From NCBI RefSeq assembly GCF_044704955.1, contig NC_091990.1:177568001-177632000 (forward strand): a DNA stretch of 64,000 nt. The letters run 5' to 3'. The notes beneath the pieces were generated by a model. That model made no database searches, was not told where the DNA came from, and worked only from the letters and a program-made list of their open reading frames with translations. Position 1 is the first letter of the stretch, and the number at the start of each line of letters is the position of its first letter. This document shows positions 13,390-27,471 of this stretch, piece after piece. This DNA is from Pristiophorus japonicus (lineage: Eukaryota). The translations under genes were made by a program, and so were the position numbers.

Positions 13390-14005
13390 TATTACACAGG
13401 AGAAGATTCAAGAGTCTGAAATCGGCTTAAAAACTGGTTAGAAGGGAGGAAACAGAGACACGAGATAAGGACAGTCTTTCAGAGTGGTTGGAACTGCTTA
13501 GTAGTTTCCCCACAGGACTTCCTTCTGGCGATGCTTCTATTCACTGTGTACATTATTGATTTGGATAAAAGGCGAGAGGGAGTGGCGTCTAAATCTGCAA
13601 ATTATACTAAAATAGGAAGCATTTGTAAATCATTCTGAGGATCAAAGGAAGCTGCAAGGGGATATTGATAAGGGATTGGAATGGGCAAAAAATTGGCAGA
13701 TAAAATTCACTGTCAGTAAATGCATACTGGTGGAAAAAATAAAAGATATAGAACAGAGTGCAGGAGTAACATTTTTACACAAAGCGTTGTGAATGTGTGC
13801 AATGCACTACCAGTGATAGTGAAATGAAGCAGAAAAGTTCTCAACATTTAAGAATAGGTTAGATAAGGGGCTGAATGAAAAGGAAATAACGAGATATGAG
13901 AACACGGCAGACACATGGAATTAGGACGATTACTCAGCTGTAGGACAAACACCAACACAAATTGGGTGGGCCATACGGTCTATTTCTGTATTGTAATTTC
14001 TGTGT
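13390..14005 (+). mobile_element. Old CR1 fragment
   Basis: Degenerate similarity to the RT 3' part of the other CR1 copies. Confidence 0.55.
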
Positions 14006-14171
14006 CTGGTGCCTGAAATAGAACATTCCATTTGCTGAATGCAAAGGGACATGCACGGGGAAAATTAAGCAAGAATTAAAAATTCACACGTATGCTTTCC
14101 TATGCAAATATGGGATTGGCAAGGCTGCATTATTTTAGCTGCCCATACATATTTCTTAAAAAGAGAATGTA

Positions 14172-14516
14172 TAGGTTAAACCTCTCTTTTCCGACACCCT
14201 CGGGACCTGGCCTGTGCTAGATAAAGGATTTTGCCGGACGAGGGGAGGTCACGTTAACCTGGATGGTACAGGTACAGAGCAAGGGGATATCGGGGCTGGC
14301 TAGCTTAGGGCTGGGAGTGCGGCAGAGAGATCGTGGGGGGGGGGGCGGTGGATCGCGGGGTCAGGCCAGCGATTGTGGGAGTTGGCAGCGAGGAAGGACT
14401 TCAATTCAATTTGTTCATGTCGGAGTTCTGCGCATGCGCCACCCGGCGGCCGGGAATGGTGCCGGATGAGGGGCAGTGCCGGATAAGGGAGTGCCAGATA
14501 AGGGAGGTTCAACCTG
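14172..14516. mobile_element. Tc1/pogo (Tigger-like) MITE
   Basis: TIRs (T)AGGTTAAACCTC ... GAGGTTCAACCTG flanked by TA/TA. Confidence 0.7.
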
Positions 14517-16459
14517 TACTATGATCCTGGTATTGGTAATGGCTGGAATGCTTACCCTTACCAGCAACAGTCTTGCTCTTGAATGGAAATTGTATTTGTA
14601 TTTTTATAGGAGCATCAAGATCAAGTATAATCTCTCGGTGAAAGCGGAAGACAGAGTGGCAATAAGGTGGAGCGCAGGAAATAAGGGCAATAGTAAGATG
14701 CTAAGATCCAATAAGAGACATCAGTGCAAGCAGCCCAGATTGAGCTGCTAGACCAGTAGCGGCAGCCAGTCAGCGAGAAGCAGCATTGAACAGCCCGATG
14801 GCCAGCTACAGTCGAAGTTTTGACCAATAACAGCCGCATGACCAAGGGTGGCGAGCAGCCATGTCCAAGAAACGGGAGGGGAAAGACATTCGATGCTGGC
14901 TAAAATGGGGGGCTAGGGGCTGTGACAGGCAATGTGGACCCTTAGCCCGAGCACAATAGTGGCCTTAAATAGCAGGGAACCAGTGCAGTGAGGGGGCCAG
15001 TCTGAAAGATTCAGTAGATTTGTCTTCTTTTGCCTTGAGATTCCACATCACAGGATCCATTTCACATTCGCATGTGGGGAACCGGAAACTGAGTTGGGAG
15101 GTTCATTTTGGCACACTTTAAACATGGGTTCGCTGAGATAGGCTTTCACTTACTGTTTTACACTCCTGGCAAAGAGGAAAGGTTCAAATAACTTTGCTGT
15201 TTGTGCATAGATACTGGTAAAGAGAAACTTAAAACTACAAAACAGTTGGGAAGTTATATTTTTGAGAATATCTGCCATTCTAAATGTATGAGGGGAGGAG
15301 GCAGGATGCTGGAAGCAGACACATGCCTGTAATTTTAATCCAAAAAACAGGTGGGTTGGGGTTGGATCGGACATTAACATTTTTAAAATCTCAAACCCGA
15401 CCCTAACGCACCCGCCTCTGGCTTGGACAGAGGCCGAACTGGGGGCAGACGGCCAGGAAGCTGGTTGGCCATTTAAATATTCTAATGAGGCTGTATGCTC
15501 AGATTTAACCTATCGTCCAGGTTTAATTCTGGCCAGCCACGTTTCCTGAACCTCGGGAGATCTGGCCGCTGAAAGGGAGGCGAGGACTGCTGTGTGGAAA
15601 AGGTAAGGGCCTTTACAGTACTGCTCATGGACCAAGAGAAGCAGGAGTGCTTCCTCCAGGCCCACCAAGCTTACCCATTTCCCTGCCTGCTGTCAGACCC
15701 ATCCCCAACCATCAGAGCCCCACCATCCAATGAACCTCTCCCCTCGCCCGTCCCGTATTGGACCACCCTCGGCATTGGGGATCGAACCCCTCATGGGATC
15801 GGAAATCGCACACCGTCAGGAAACAATCAGTCCCCCTACCCTTCCCCCTGCAGCCAGGATCTGACACTCGCCCACCCACCCCCCTCCCCGAACCTGACCC
15901 CCTCTCCCTTCGACCCCCACCCACGCAGACTCCCTATCTGCTCCTGGGGTTGTCGCCTCCTCCAGAGCATTGCCTGCTTGCCAGGGAGCCAAGCCTGTCA
16001 GTCAGGCTGGCTTCCGGGCGGGGAGCCTACTAGAGAAAAAAAAGACGCACGCTGTGGAATTAAAACTCCACAGCATGTGGGGAAAGCCAGTATTGATGTT
16101 GGTGCTGCTGGTGTGCCAGGTGCTGCTGGTTTTGGTGCTGATCATTGTTGGATTCTGAGGACCAAGGTGAGATAGTTTCAAGGGCACTGATGCTAATGTA
16201 ATAAATGGCAGGTGAAGTAGAGATGACAGAAGTGATCTGTCAATGGTGAGAGAGGTTGTTCCAATGAGGTGACACTGGATAGAGAGATTGCTCCAAAGAC
16301 TTGCAACATGCATAAAGGTCAATCTGTCCTCTAAATGCAGTAAGCAAAAGGTTCTGATCTTGGAATGTGAACAGCTGTGAGATTGAAGCTTTTATAGCAC
16401 ATTTGCAGCTGTCAGATAATGAAATGAATTCATGTTGTTACAACTCTTGATGTTCTTAC

Positions 16460-16498
16460 CTGATGTGATCCCAGAGCAGCGGCAGTCTCGTAGAAAAC
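16460..16498 (-). other. Candidate 39-nt downstream micro-exon of gene B (3'UTR or formerly coding)
   Basis: Strong acceptor (atttttccag|) and donor (cag|gtaaga). Length is divisible by 3; phase-1 reading is GFLRDCRCSGITS. Confidence 0.4.
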
Positions 16499-17044
16499 CT
16501 GGAAAAATGGTAAGGTGACTTCAAAATTGTGTTTAATAGCCTTTCAACAATGTCTTAATCAACTAAATTGCCTCCCCACCACTGCATCGGGTCTGTTCAG
16601 CATTGACAGACCCAAAACCTGGTAAAGATTCCCGACCCGCTATCAATCATTTCAAATCCAACAGCTGACCCGCACTGATCCAGTCCTCTGAGCACCAGTA
16701 AAATTCCAGTTACTGTTTTTAAGTATAATAGAGAGAGTTGACAATTTTCAATGTTTTAATTAAAGCTATAATAATCAAGGCAGCCACAGCTACCACATAC
16801 TTCGATAACTAGGCACCTTACAGCTCCAACTTCATCCAACCCCAAAAACGCACAAGTAATTTTTGCTTAATTATTGGGCGCTGTAGAACCTGTAAGGTTC
16901 ATACGTTGAGAAAATAAAGCTGTGTGTAGCAATGTTAGTTGAAAAATTGCCAGCAGAGCTGATAACAAAGTTTCATGGTATTGAAATTGTTGAAATTACA
17001 TTTTTTCAACACGTAATTTTAGAACTGTTTGTCTTCCAAATTTT

Positions 17045-18839
17045 GGGCCCAAGTTTCCACATGATTCGCGCCTGATTTTTAGGAGCAACTGGTGGAGAAC
17101 GGACTATTTTAGAAATCGCAATTCTCCACATTTTTTTTTCTGCAGTTCCAGTCAGGTAGAACAGTTCTACTTTAGAACAGAATTTTTTCTTCAAAAGGGG
17201 ACGTGTCCGGCCACTGACGCCTGATTTGAAAGTTTCCACAGTGAAAATGTACTCCAAACTAAAGTAGAATGGAGTCAGTGAAGATTTTTGTAGAACTGAA
17301 AAAACCTGTCCTACACATTAAAAAATCAGGCACAGGTTACAAATTAGGCGTCCAGAACGAGGTGGGGGGGGGAGAGGGAACTCATTAAATTCGACAATAA
17401 ATCCTTATTTATACTTCTACAAATATTATACAAATAAATCCAACCTGAATAAACATTTATAAGCCAAGAAAAGATTAAATAAACCATCTTCCTACCTGTG
17501 TGAAAGTGCTTCAGCCAGGGAGAATGCTGCAGCCGTNNNNNNNNNNNNNNNNNNNNNNNNNNNNNNNNNNNNNNNNNNNNNNNNNNNNNNNNNNNNNNNN
17601 NNNNNNNNNNNNNNNNNNNNNNNNNNNNNNNNNNNNNNNNNNNNNNNNNNNNNNNNNNNNNNNNNNNNNNNNNNNNNNNNNNNNNNNNNNNNNNNNNNNN
17701 NNNNNNNNNNNNNNNNNNNNNNNNNNNNNNNNNNNNNNNNNNNNNNNNNNNNNNNNNNNNNNNNNNNNNNNNNNNNNNNNNNNNNNNNNNNNNGNNNNNN
17801 NNNNNNNNNNNNNNNNNNNNNNNNNNNNNNNNNNNNNNNNNNNNNNNNNNNNNNNNNNNNNNNNNNNNNNNNNNNNNNNNNNNNNNNNNNNNNNNNNNNN
17901 NNNNNNNNNNNNNNNNNNNNNNNNNNNNNNNNNNNNNNNNNNNNNNNNNNNNNNNNNNNNNNNNNNNNNNNNNNNNNNNNNNNNNNNNNNNNNNNNNNNN
18001 NNNNNNNNNNNNNNNNNNNNNNNNNNNNNNNNNNNNNNNNNNNNNNNNNNNNGGGCGTCGGGTCGGGGAACAGGAGCGCGGGACGGGTCAGTCGGGGGGG
18101 GGCGGGAGCGGGACTCGGGTCGGGGTGGGGGGGGAGCGGGGGTCGGGTCTCGGGTTGGGGCGGGGGGGGGGGGGGGGAGAGCGGGTCTCGGGTCGGCGCG
18201 GGGTGGGGGGGGAGCGGGTCTCGGGTCTCGGGTGTCGGGTCCGGGGGGGGGGAGCGGGTGTCGGGTCGGGGGGAGCGGGTCTCGGGTCGGGGGGAGCGGG
18301 TCTCGGGTCGGGGGGAGCGGGTCTCGGGTCGGTGCGGGGAGGGGGGGAGCGGGTCTCGGGTCGGGGGGAGCGGGTCTCGGGTCGGGGGGAGCGGGTGTCG
18401 GGTCGGAGCGGGTGTCGGGTCGGAGCGGGTGTCGGGTCGGGTCTGGTTGGCGGGGGGGTGGAGGGCAGCGAGTGTCGGGTCTGGTCGGGCGGGGAGCAGG
18501 AGCTGGCCGTGGGAGGAGCCTCATTCACGCAGCCCCAGTGAGGCCATTGGGCCAGGGCTAGGGGCTGCGTGCTTTGGGCCCCTCCCACACAGTTCGGCGC
18601 CTGGAGCTACTGCACTTGCGTGCCGACTGTAGCGCGCATGTGCAGAGGTCCCGGCACTGTTTTTAGCGCCGGGACCTGGCTCCACCCCCCCACAGCTCGT
18701 GCTGTCTGCGCCGAGGGTCAGAGGACCTGTAAGTAGGTGGAGAATACCGAGGATTTTTTTTAGGCACCGTTTTAGGCGCGAAAAACGGGCGCCCAGCTCG
18801 GAGGGGCGCCCGTTTTTTTTCTTGTGGAAACTTGGGCCC
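17045..18839. mobile_element. Non-autonomous PIF/Harbinger-like element with a G-rich core (contains the assembly gap)
   Basis: TIRs GGGCCCAAGTTTCCACA ... TGTGGAAACTTGGGCCC; internal (GGGTC)n repeats. Confidence 0.8.
17537..18052. other. Assembly gap (N run)
   Basis: About 515 N within a G-rich repeat. Confidence 0.99.
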
Positions 18840-19042
18840 ATTGATACTCATAAAAATTACAATTCAAGATAATTACACCACCCTTCATTGTTTGAAATAA
18901 TTCACCTTTACAAATTAAACTATGTGCATATTCTAAAGTAAGCCTTTATAATAAGATCTACTTATGGATCCCCCAAAAATTGACACCTACAATATCTATA
19001 TATTTTAATGTATTGCGATCAAGTGAAAAGTTTAAATTACCA

Positions 19043-19359
19043 TCAAAACTGAAGCAGGAAACTGCGTTCTGTAGGTGATGTGTTTGAACTTGTCCGCGTG
19101 ACTTTAATCTTGTATTCCATTTGATCATCATCGGCACTTGCAGTGAAAGTTAATTCTGCGAACTTGAAATATGTGTCCTCGATAGATTCTTCTATAGTCA
19201 CTCCACATTTGTCATTTGACTCAATTATTGCCTCTCCTCTGTACCATTCTACCTTAATATCTTTTGGAAAATATGCACATATATTACAGCTTAAAGTCAC
19301 CTCCTCTCCTTGTGTCAGGTCTGAACAGCATATGATATTAGGTACAACAGGAGGGGCTC
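19043..19359 (-). CDS. Gene B post-TM Ig C1-like domain 5, ending in a stop codon
   Basis: Acceptor ttcatttcag|; GAPPVVPNIICCSDLTQGEEVTLSCNICAYFPKDIKVEWYRG...ELTFTASADDDQMEYKIKVTRT...ERSFLLQF*. A gtaatt donor follows 2 nt after the TGA. Confidence 0.8.
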
Positions 19360-19516
19360 CTGAAATGAAGTAGAAAGACAAGTTTAGCCATGCAATAAAT
19401 TAATTAATTTATGTATTAACTTAGAACACATTTCTTTTAAAAGTACGTTTCTACCGGACATCCTTTCACCACTGCTTTTACTTTGTAATTCTTACAATTA
19501 CACTCAAATTAATTAG

Positions 19517-22500
19517 TGTGTTCCTAACACAGATGAGACTGCACACAGGGAGGTTAAAGTAACAGTGACCTCAGTCTTTATTAAGACACTCCAGAGTGAG
19601 GAACAGGCCTCAGGGGCCGGCTTATATACAGTGCTCCCAAGGGATGCTGGGATCCTTGGAACTTCAGGGGATGCGTTCCCTGGTGGCGGAACATGGGAGT
19701 GCATGCTTTACAGATACACAACATCACTCCCCCACAAAGTCAAAGTGAAAACTATTTACAAGGTGAGGCGGTCGGGAGCCTTTCTTTCCCTGGTGGACCA
19801 CCTCAGTACAAATGTCTGTTCTGGTGTGTTGGCTGTGCCTCGCTGGGCTGGCGTGTTGTTGGCCCTCCAGGGCTGCAGGGTGAGCCTGGCCTTGCTGGGC
19901 TGTTGGGCATGATGGGTTCAATTTCCTGGTCCGGGGCAGTGTCATTGATCATTTGGGTGTGTATTGTGGGCTCGACAAAAGGTGGTGTCTGCTGTGGGTT
20001 GTTCAGGGCAGTCTGTGAACCGCAGCCTCGCTTAGTCCAGGTGCTTTCTGCAAATTTGTCCATTGTCTAGTTTGACTACAAACACCCTATTCCCTTCTTT
20101 AGCTATCATCTTGCCCGCGATCCACTTGGGACCATGTCCATAGTTTAGCACATACACAGGGTCATTCAGATCAATTTCCCGTGACACAGTGGCGCGACCA
20201 TCGTTTACATTTTGTTGCTGCCGCCTGCTCTCTACCTGATCATGCAGGTTGGGGTGAACCAGCAAGAGTCTGGTTTTAAGTGTTCTTTTCATGAGTAGCT
20301 CAGCCGGGGGCACCCCTGTGAGCGACTGGGGTCTCGTGCAGTAGCTGAGCAGTACTCAGGACAGGCAGGTTTGGAGTGAGCCTTCTGTGACTCGTTTAAG
20401 GCTCTGTTTGATTGTTTGTACTGCCCACTCTGTCTGCCCATTGGAGGCTGGTTTAAACGGGGCCGAGGTGACATGTTTGATCCCATTGTGGGTCATGAAT
20501 TCTTTAAATTCGGCACTGGTGAAACATGGCCCGCTGTCACTGACCAGTATGTTAGGCAGGCCGTGGTGGCAAACATGGCCCTCAGGCTTTCAATGGTGGC
20601 AGTGGAGGTGCTTCCCGACATTATTTCACATTCAATCCATTTTGAAAAAGCATCCACCACCACCAGGAACATTTTACTGAGAAACGGGCCCGCATGGTCG
20701 ACATGGATCCTCGACCATGGTCTGGAGGGCCAGGACCACAAATTTAGTGGTGCATCTCTGGGCGGGTTGCTCAACTGAGCACACAGGCTGCATTGCCGTA
20801 CACAGGACTCTAAGTCAGAGTCGATACCGGGCCACCACACGTGGAATCTGGCTATCGCTTTCATCATTATTATACCTGGGTGTGGGCTGTGGAGATCTGA
20901 GATGAACGTCTCCCTGCCCTTTTTTGGTAGCACTACGTGGTTACCCTACAACAGGCAGTCTGCCTGAATGGACAGCTTGTCTTGTCGCTGCTGGAACGGC
21001 TTGATTAGCTCTTGCATTTCAACGGGGATGCTGGCCCAGCTCCCATACAGTACACAGTTTTTTACTAGGGACAGCAGAGGATCTTGGTCCAAGTCCTAAT
21101 CTGGCAGGCCGTGACAGGTGATTTATCATTTTCAAACACTTCAATGACCATCAACAAGTCTGCGGGCTGCGCCACCATCAACAAGTTTGCAGGCTGCGGC
21201 AGTTAAACCCCCGTGGTGGGCAATGGTAGCCGACTGAGAGCATCCACACAGTTCTCGGTGCCTGGCCTGTGGCGATGATATAGTTATACGCTGATAGCGC
21301 GAGTGCCCACCTTTATATGCGGGCTGAGGCATTAGTATTTATCCCCTTGTTTTCAGCGAACAGGGATATGAGGGGTTTCCAGCTCAAATTTGAGGCCAAA
21401 CAGGTACTGATACATTTTCTTTACCCCGAACACACACGCTAATGCCTCTTTCTCAATCATGCTGTAGGTCCTCTCGGCCTTAGACAAGCTCCTGGAGGCA
21501 TAGGTGAAAGGTTGCAACTTCCCCACAACGTTAACTTGTTGTAATACACACCCGACTCCGTACGATGACGCATCACATGCTAGCACAAGTCTTTTTACAC
21601 GGGTTATACAATACAAGCAGCTTGTTGGAGCATAAAATGTTTCTGGCTTTCTCAAAAGCAAATACTTGTTTTTTTTTTCCCATACCCAGTTCTCACCTTT
21701 ACGCAATAACACATGTAGGGGCTCTATGAGGGTGCTTAACCCCGGTAGCATGTTACCAAAATAGTTGAGGAGTCCCAGAAACGACCGCAGCTCCATGACG
21801 TTCTGTGGCCTGGGCACGTTTCTGATAGCCTCTGTCTTGGCGTCTGTGGGCCGAATGCCGTCCGCCGCGATCTTTCTCCCCATAAACTCCACTTCTCTTG
21901 CCATGAAGACGCATTTCAACCTCTTCAGCCGCAGCCCTATGCGATCCAATCACTGGAGGACCTCCTCCACGTTTTGTAGGTGCTCGACAGTGACCTGACC
22001 CGTGACCAATATGTCATCCTGAAAAACCACCGTGCATGGTACCGACTTGAGTAGGCTCTCCATGTGTCTCTGGAAGATCGCTGCAGCTGACCGAATTCCA
22101 AACGGGCATCTGTTGTAGATGAACAGTCCCTTGTGCGTGTTGATGCAGGTGAGGCCCTTCGAAGACTCCTCCAGCTCCTGCGTCATGTAGGTCGAAGTCA
22201 GGTTGAGCTTGGTGAACGTCTTGCCTCCTGCCAGCATCGCAAATAGGTCATCTGCCTTAGGTAGTGGGTATTGGTCCTATAGCAAGAAACGATTAATAGT
22301 TGCTTTATAATCACCACAAATCCTGACTGTGCCATCGCTTTTGAGTACTGGAACAATCGGGCTGGCCCACTCGCTGAATTCCACTGGGGAAATGATGCCC
22401 TCGCGTTGCAGCCTGTCCTGCTCGATTTCCACTCTCTCCCTCATCATGTGAGGTACCGCTCGCGTCTTGTGGTGAATGGGTCGTGCCTCTGGGACCAAGT

Positions 22501-24085
22501 GGATCTGCACCTTCACCCCGGAAAAGTTTCCAATGCCTGGCTCAAAAAGGGAAGGAAATTTGCTAAGAACCTGGGTACATGAGGCCTCATCGACATGTGA
22601 TAGCGCTCGGATGTCATCCCAGTTCCAGCGGATTTTGCCCAGCCAGCTCCTTCCAAGCAGTGTGGGGCCATCACCCGGGACAATCCAGAGTGGCAGTTCG
22701 TGCACCGTGCCCTCGTAGGTGACCTTGACCATGGCGCTGCCCAGGACAGTGATGAGCTCTTTGGTGTACGTTCTCAGTTTCGCGTGGATGGGACTCAGGG
22801 CTGGTCTGAATGCCTTGTTGCACCACCGTCTCTCAAACATCTCGTGATGGATTGGCTAGTGCCATTGTCCAGTTCCATAACTACGGGTAAGCCATTCAAT
22901 TTTACATTTAGCATTATAGGTGGACATTTCGTCGAAAATGTGTGCACCCAGTGTACTTCAGCATCTGCCTCCTCTCTCTGACACTCGAAATTGCTTTGAT
23001 CCACCATGGACTTATCTTCCTCTGCCACGTGGTGGTTAGCAGGTTTTGCAGAGCTTGCAGCTTGTCTGCAAGCTCGTTGGAGATGCCCCATTGTTCCACA
23101 GCTCGTGCAAACATACCCTTTGAAGTGGCATGAATAGGCTGAATGGAAGCCTCCCCAACGCCAACAAGGTGTGAATTGCCTTGAATTCATCCTTTGTTGC
23201 GGATTCTGAGTCATCTGGGTCACCTGAGGCCGACTGGCAGTTGCAGACTCATGGTTTCTGCCCTGTACATTTCTGCTCGCAAACACAGTTCCAGTTAATT
23301 TATGAACATTGCGAGCACTTGTGTGCTAAGAGATTTGTTTGGTGTTATCACTGGTGGACATAAACGCTTGTGCTATCGCAATGGCCTTACTGAGGGTCGG
23401 TGTCTCTACAGTCCAAAGTTTTCGTAGGATGGTCTCGTGGCCAATGCCCAGTACAAAAAAGTCTCTGAGGATCTGCTCCAGGTAGCCATCAAAGTCACAT
23501 TGTCCTGCAAGTCGCCTTAGCTCGGCGACGTAGCTCACCACTTCCTGACCTTCAGATCACTGGCACTTGTAGAACCAATGCCTCGGCATCAGCACACTCT
23601 CCCTCGGGTTAATATGTTCCCGAACCAGTGTACACAGATTCTCATACGACTTATCTGTGGGTTTCACCGGAGCCAGAAGATTCTTCATGAGGCTGTACGT
23701 CGGTGCCCCGCAGACCGTGAGGTGGACCGCTCTCCTTCCCCATCCAGCTCGTTGCCTACAAAGTACTGGTCTAGCCGTTCGACATAGGCTTCCCAGTCCT
23801 CACCCTCAAAGAACTTCTCCAGGATTCCCACATTTTGCTGCATCTTTGGTTGGATTCGTATACTCGTTGCCAGTTTTTGTGTTCCTAACACAGATGAGAC
23901 TGCACTGAGGGAGGTTAAAGTAACAGTGACCTCAGTCTTTATTAAGACACTCCAGAGTGAGGAACAGGCCTTAGGGGCCGGCTTATATACAGTGCTCCCA
24001 AGGGATGCTGGGATCCCTTGGGACTTCAGGGGATACGCTCCTTGGTGGCGGAACATGGGAGTGCATGCTTTACAGATACACAACA
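19517..24085 (-). mobile_element. Full-length degenerate Ty3/Gypsy (Mag-like) LTR retrotransposon in a gene B intron
   Basis: LTRs 19517-19723 and 23878-24085 (about 96% identical). PBS TGGCAACGAG (tRNA-Ser-like), PPT TGGGGGAGTGA. Frameshifted gag (CxxCxxxGHxxxxC knuckle), protease (MELDNG), RT (WASPIV, RICGDYK, FQDD), RNase H (LACDASSYGVG, EKEALA) and integrase (WSRIHVD, VVVDAFSKW). No clean TSD. Confidence 0.93.
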
Positions 24086-24181
24086 TTAATATGTTTTTTT
24101 TTCCACTGGAATCAGATTATTAACCCTTAGATTAGCAGCAACTCAGGAATTTCAGACTCTCCGGGACCAACCATTGTTTTT

Positions 24182-26215
24182 TAAGAACATAAGAAATAGG
24201 AGCTGGAGTAGGCCATTTGGCCCCTCAAGTCTGCTCCGTCATTCAATAAGATCACGGCTGATCTGATCATGGACTCAGTTCCACTTTCCTGCCTGTTCCC
24301 CATAACCCTTTACTCCCTTATTGCTCAAAAATCGGTCTATCTCCGCCTTAAATATATTCAATGACCCAGCCTCCACAGCTCTCTAGGACACAGAATTCAA
24401 TAGATTTACAACCCTCAGAGAACAAATTCCTCCTCGTCTCAGTTTTAAATGGGCGGTCCCTTACTCTGAGACTATGCCCCCTAGTTTTAGCTTCCCCTAT
24501 GAGTGGAAATATCCTCTCTGCATCCACCTTGTCGAGCCCCCTCATTATCTTATGTTCCAATAAGATAACCTCTCATTCTTCTGAACTCCAATGTGTATAG
24601 GCCCAACCTACTCAACCTATCCTCATCAGTTAACCCCCTCATCTCCAGAATCAACCTAGTGAGCCTTCTCTGAACAGCCTCCAATGCAAGTATATCCTTC
24701 CTTAAATACGGAGACCAAAACTGCATGCAGTACTCCACGTGTGGCTTCACCAATACCCTATACAGTTGTAGCAGGACTTCTCTGCTTTTATACTCTATCC
24801 CCCTTGTAATAAAGGCCAACATTCCGTTTGCCTTCCTGATTACTTACTGTACCTGCATACTAACTTTTAGTGTTTCATGCACAAGGACCCCCCAGGTGTC
24901 TCTACTGCAGCACTTTGCAATTTTCCCCATTTAAATTATAATTTGCTTTTCCCTTATTTTTTCCAAAGTGGATAACCTCACATTTTCCCACATTATACTC
25001 CATCTGTCAAATCTTTGTCCACTCATTAGTCTGTCTATATCCCTTTGCAGGTTTTTTGTATTCTCCTCACAATTTGCTTTCCCACCATCTTTGTATTATC
25101 AGCAAATTTGACTACATTACACTCGGTCCCTTCATCCAATTCATTAATATAGATTGTAAATAGTTGAGGACCCAGCACCGACCCCTGCGGCACCCCACCA
25201 GTCACTGTTTGCCAACTGGAAAATGCCCCATTTATCCCAACTCTCTGTTTTCTGTTAGTTAAACAATCCTCTATCCATGCTAATATATTAGCCCCAACCT
25301 CTTGAAATTTTATCTTGTGCAGTAACCTCTTATGTGGCACCTTATCGAATGCCTTCTGGAAATCCAAATACACCACATCCACTGGTTCCCCCTTATCCAC
25401 CCTGCTCATTACATCCTCAAAGAATACCAGCAAATTTGTCAAACATGATTTACCTTTCATAAATCCATGCTGACTCTGCTTGATTGAATCATGCTCTTCC
25501 AAATGGCCCGCTACTGCTTCCTTAATAATGGATTCCAGCATTTTCCCAATGACAGATGTTAGGCTAACTGGTCTATAGTTTCCTGCTTTTTGTCTGTCTC
25601 CTTTTTTAAATAGGGGTGTTACATTTGCGGTTTTCCAATCTGCTGGAACCGCCCCAGAATCCAGGGAATTTTGGTAGATTACAACCAATGCATCCATTAT
25701 CTCTGCAGCCACTTCTCTTAAGACCCTAGGATGTAAGCCATCAGGTCCAGGTGACTTGTCCGCCTTTAGTCCCATTATTTTACCTAGTACTACTTCATTG
25801 GTGATAGTGATTGTATTATGCTCCTCCCTGCCTATAGTCCCTTGAGAATCCACTATTGGGATGGTTTTAAGTGTCTTCTATCGTGAAGACCGATACAAAA
25901 TATTTGTTCAATGTCTCTGCCATTTCCTGTTCTCCATTATTAATTCCCCAGTCTCATTCTCCAGGGGACCAACATTTACTTGAGCCACTCTTTTCCTTTT
26001 GTACCTGTAGAAACTCTTACTATCTGTTTCTATATTTCATGCTAGTTTACTTTCATAATCTATTTTCCCTCTCTTAATCATTTTTTTAATCGTTCTCTGA
26101 TGGCTTTTAAAAATTTCCCAATCCTCTGGCCTCCCATTAGTCTTGGCCACATTGTTTTGAATGTGATACCTCCCTTATTTCCTTAGTTAGCCATGAATGG
26201 TTATCCCTTCTCTTT
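24182..26215 (-). mobile_element. CR1 LINE, 5'-truncated
   Basis: RT motifs [35 protein letters not shown]; 3' tail. Confidence 0.9.
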
Positions 26216-27471
26216 TTACAAATTTTTAGCTCACACGTTCATATTGCAGTAATAAAGCTACCCACAATCGACTAAGTCATCAATCTGAAACCACTAACTC
26301 TGTTTCTCTCTCCACAGATGCTGCCTGACCTGCTGAATATTTCCAGCATTTTCTGTTTATGTGTAACATTTGACTATAGCTACTTTCCTCCTCTTCTGAA
26401 GCCACTGCCGATTGTGGCAGAGTGTTCCACAGCATTGACCATCCTCCAGTAATTCAACTATTCTACACAAGTGCACAACGACAAATGTGAAGGGCGCGCT
26501 GTCCAAGCCTAGTCATGTCTATACCCAATATCTGCACATGTACAATCGCTATCAGAGTCACTGGATAGTGAGCAGGAGCAAGAACTCGAACTGATTTCCC
26601 CCTCCATGGTCCAATTGAAGTGACTCAGTTGTTAAACTCAGCACAGATCAGAAATTGAACCTGGGAGCTTCTGGTCTCTATGGCTTAGCGCTATCTTGGA
26701 CGGTGCCTTTGCCTACATGGCCATCAAGCGAATACATCAGGAAGTAGTTTTAATACTTGAGATTAACTCTATACTACAAAATATATTTTTTGCTATTAAA
26801 AAATTGTTTAACATGACCTTACTTGTCCAATTGCATCTTTCCTCCCCCCACTCATTCTGCCAGCTCCATTTGCTCTTTTTTTTTTACTATTTTCACTTCA
26901 TATCTAAACTATATATATCCTGCTTTCTTTTTAAGGCTTTTGTTTTGTATTTTATCTTCATGGAGGTGAAGGAAATTAGTGCTGGAGCATTTCATGTGGA
27001 AGTTTCAGGGTTAGATGCACAATCACATTCCTTTACCGTGCCTGAAACCCATTAGAGATGTCGGAGATGGGCCTGTAACTATACAAAGTTCACTTGGAAA
27101 TGAGATAGGAGGGAGTGCTCCTGGCCTACTGACTATTTCAGAGAGCCTGATGGGGGTCCAGCAGCAAGCCATAGGATTCCTTAAGGTAAAGGACCCACCA
27201 GTGACTCACTGGATCTTCAGGCCTTGGAGATTTCTGGCTCCCCATCAACAGCTAGAGGCCCCAAGGACGGTTGCCAGGTAAACAGTTACCAACTTTTTTT
27301 GCCAGTTCAAGGCCCTGCTGGGGCTGAGCCTATGCCAGAGGTGCACCTGGGCCATTTTCATGGCCCAGAACACCAAAATAATCTGTTGCTCAGCCTTGAC
27401 AGATATAACACACTTCAGATGCACTACTTCTAACCAATACTGGAGGAGAGGGGGCTAATAAAATCGACCCT

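Noticed and set aside
17500-18632. Overlapping long ORFs
   Set aside because: Artefacts of the N gap and G-rich repeats.
26823-26903. Possible extra minus-strand exon with AG/GTAAG boundaries
   Set aside because: Stop codons in all three frames.
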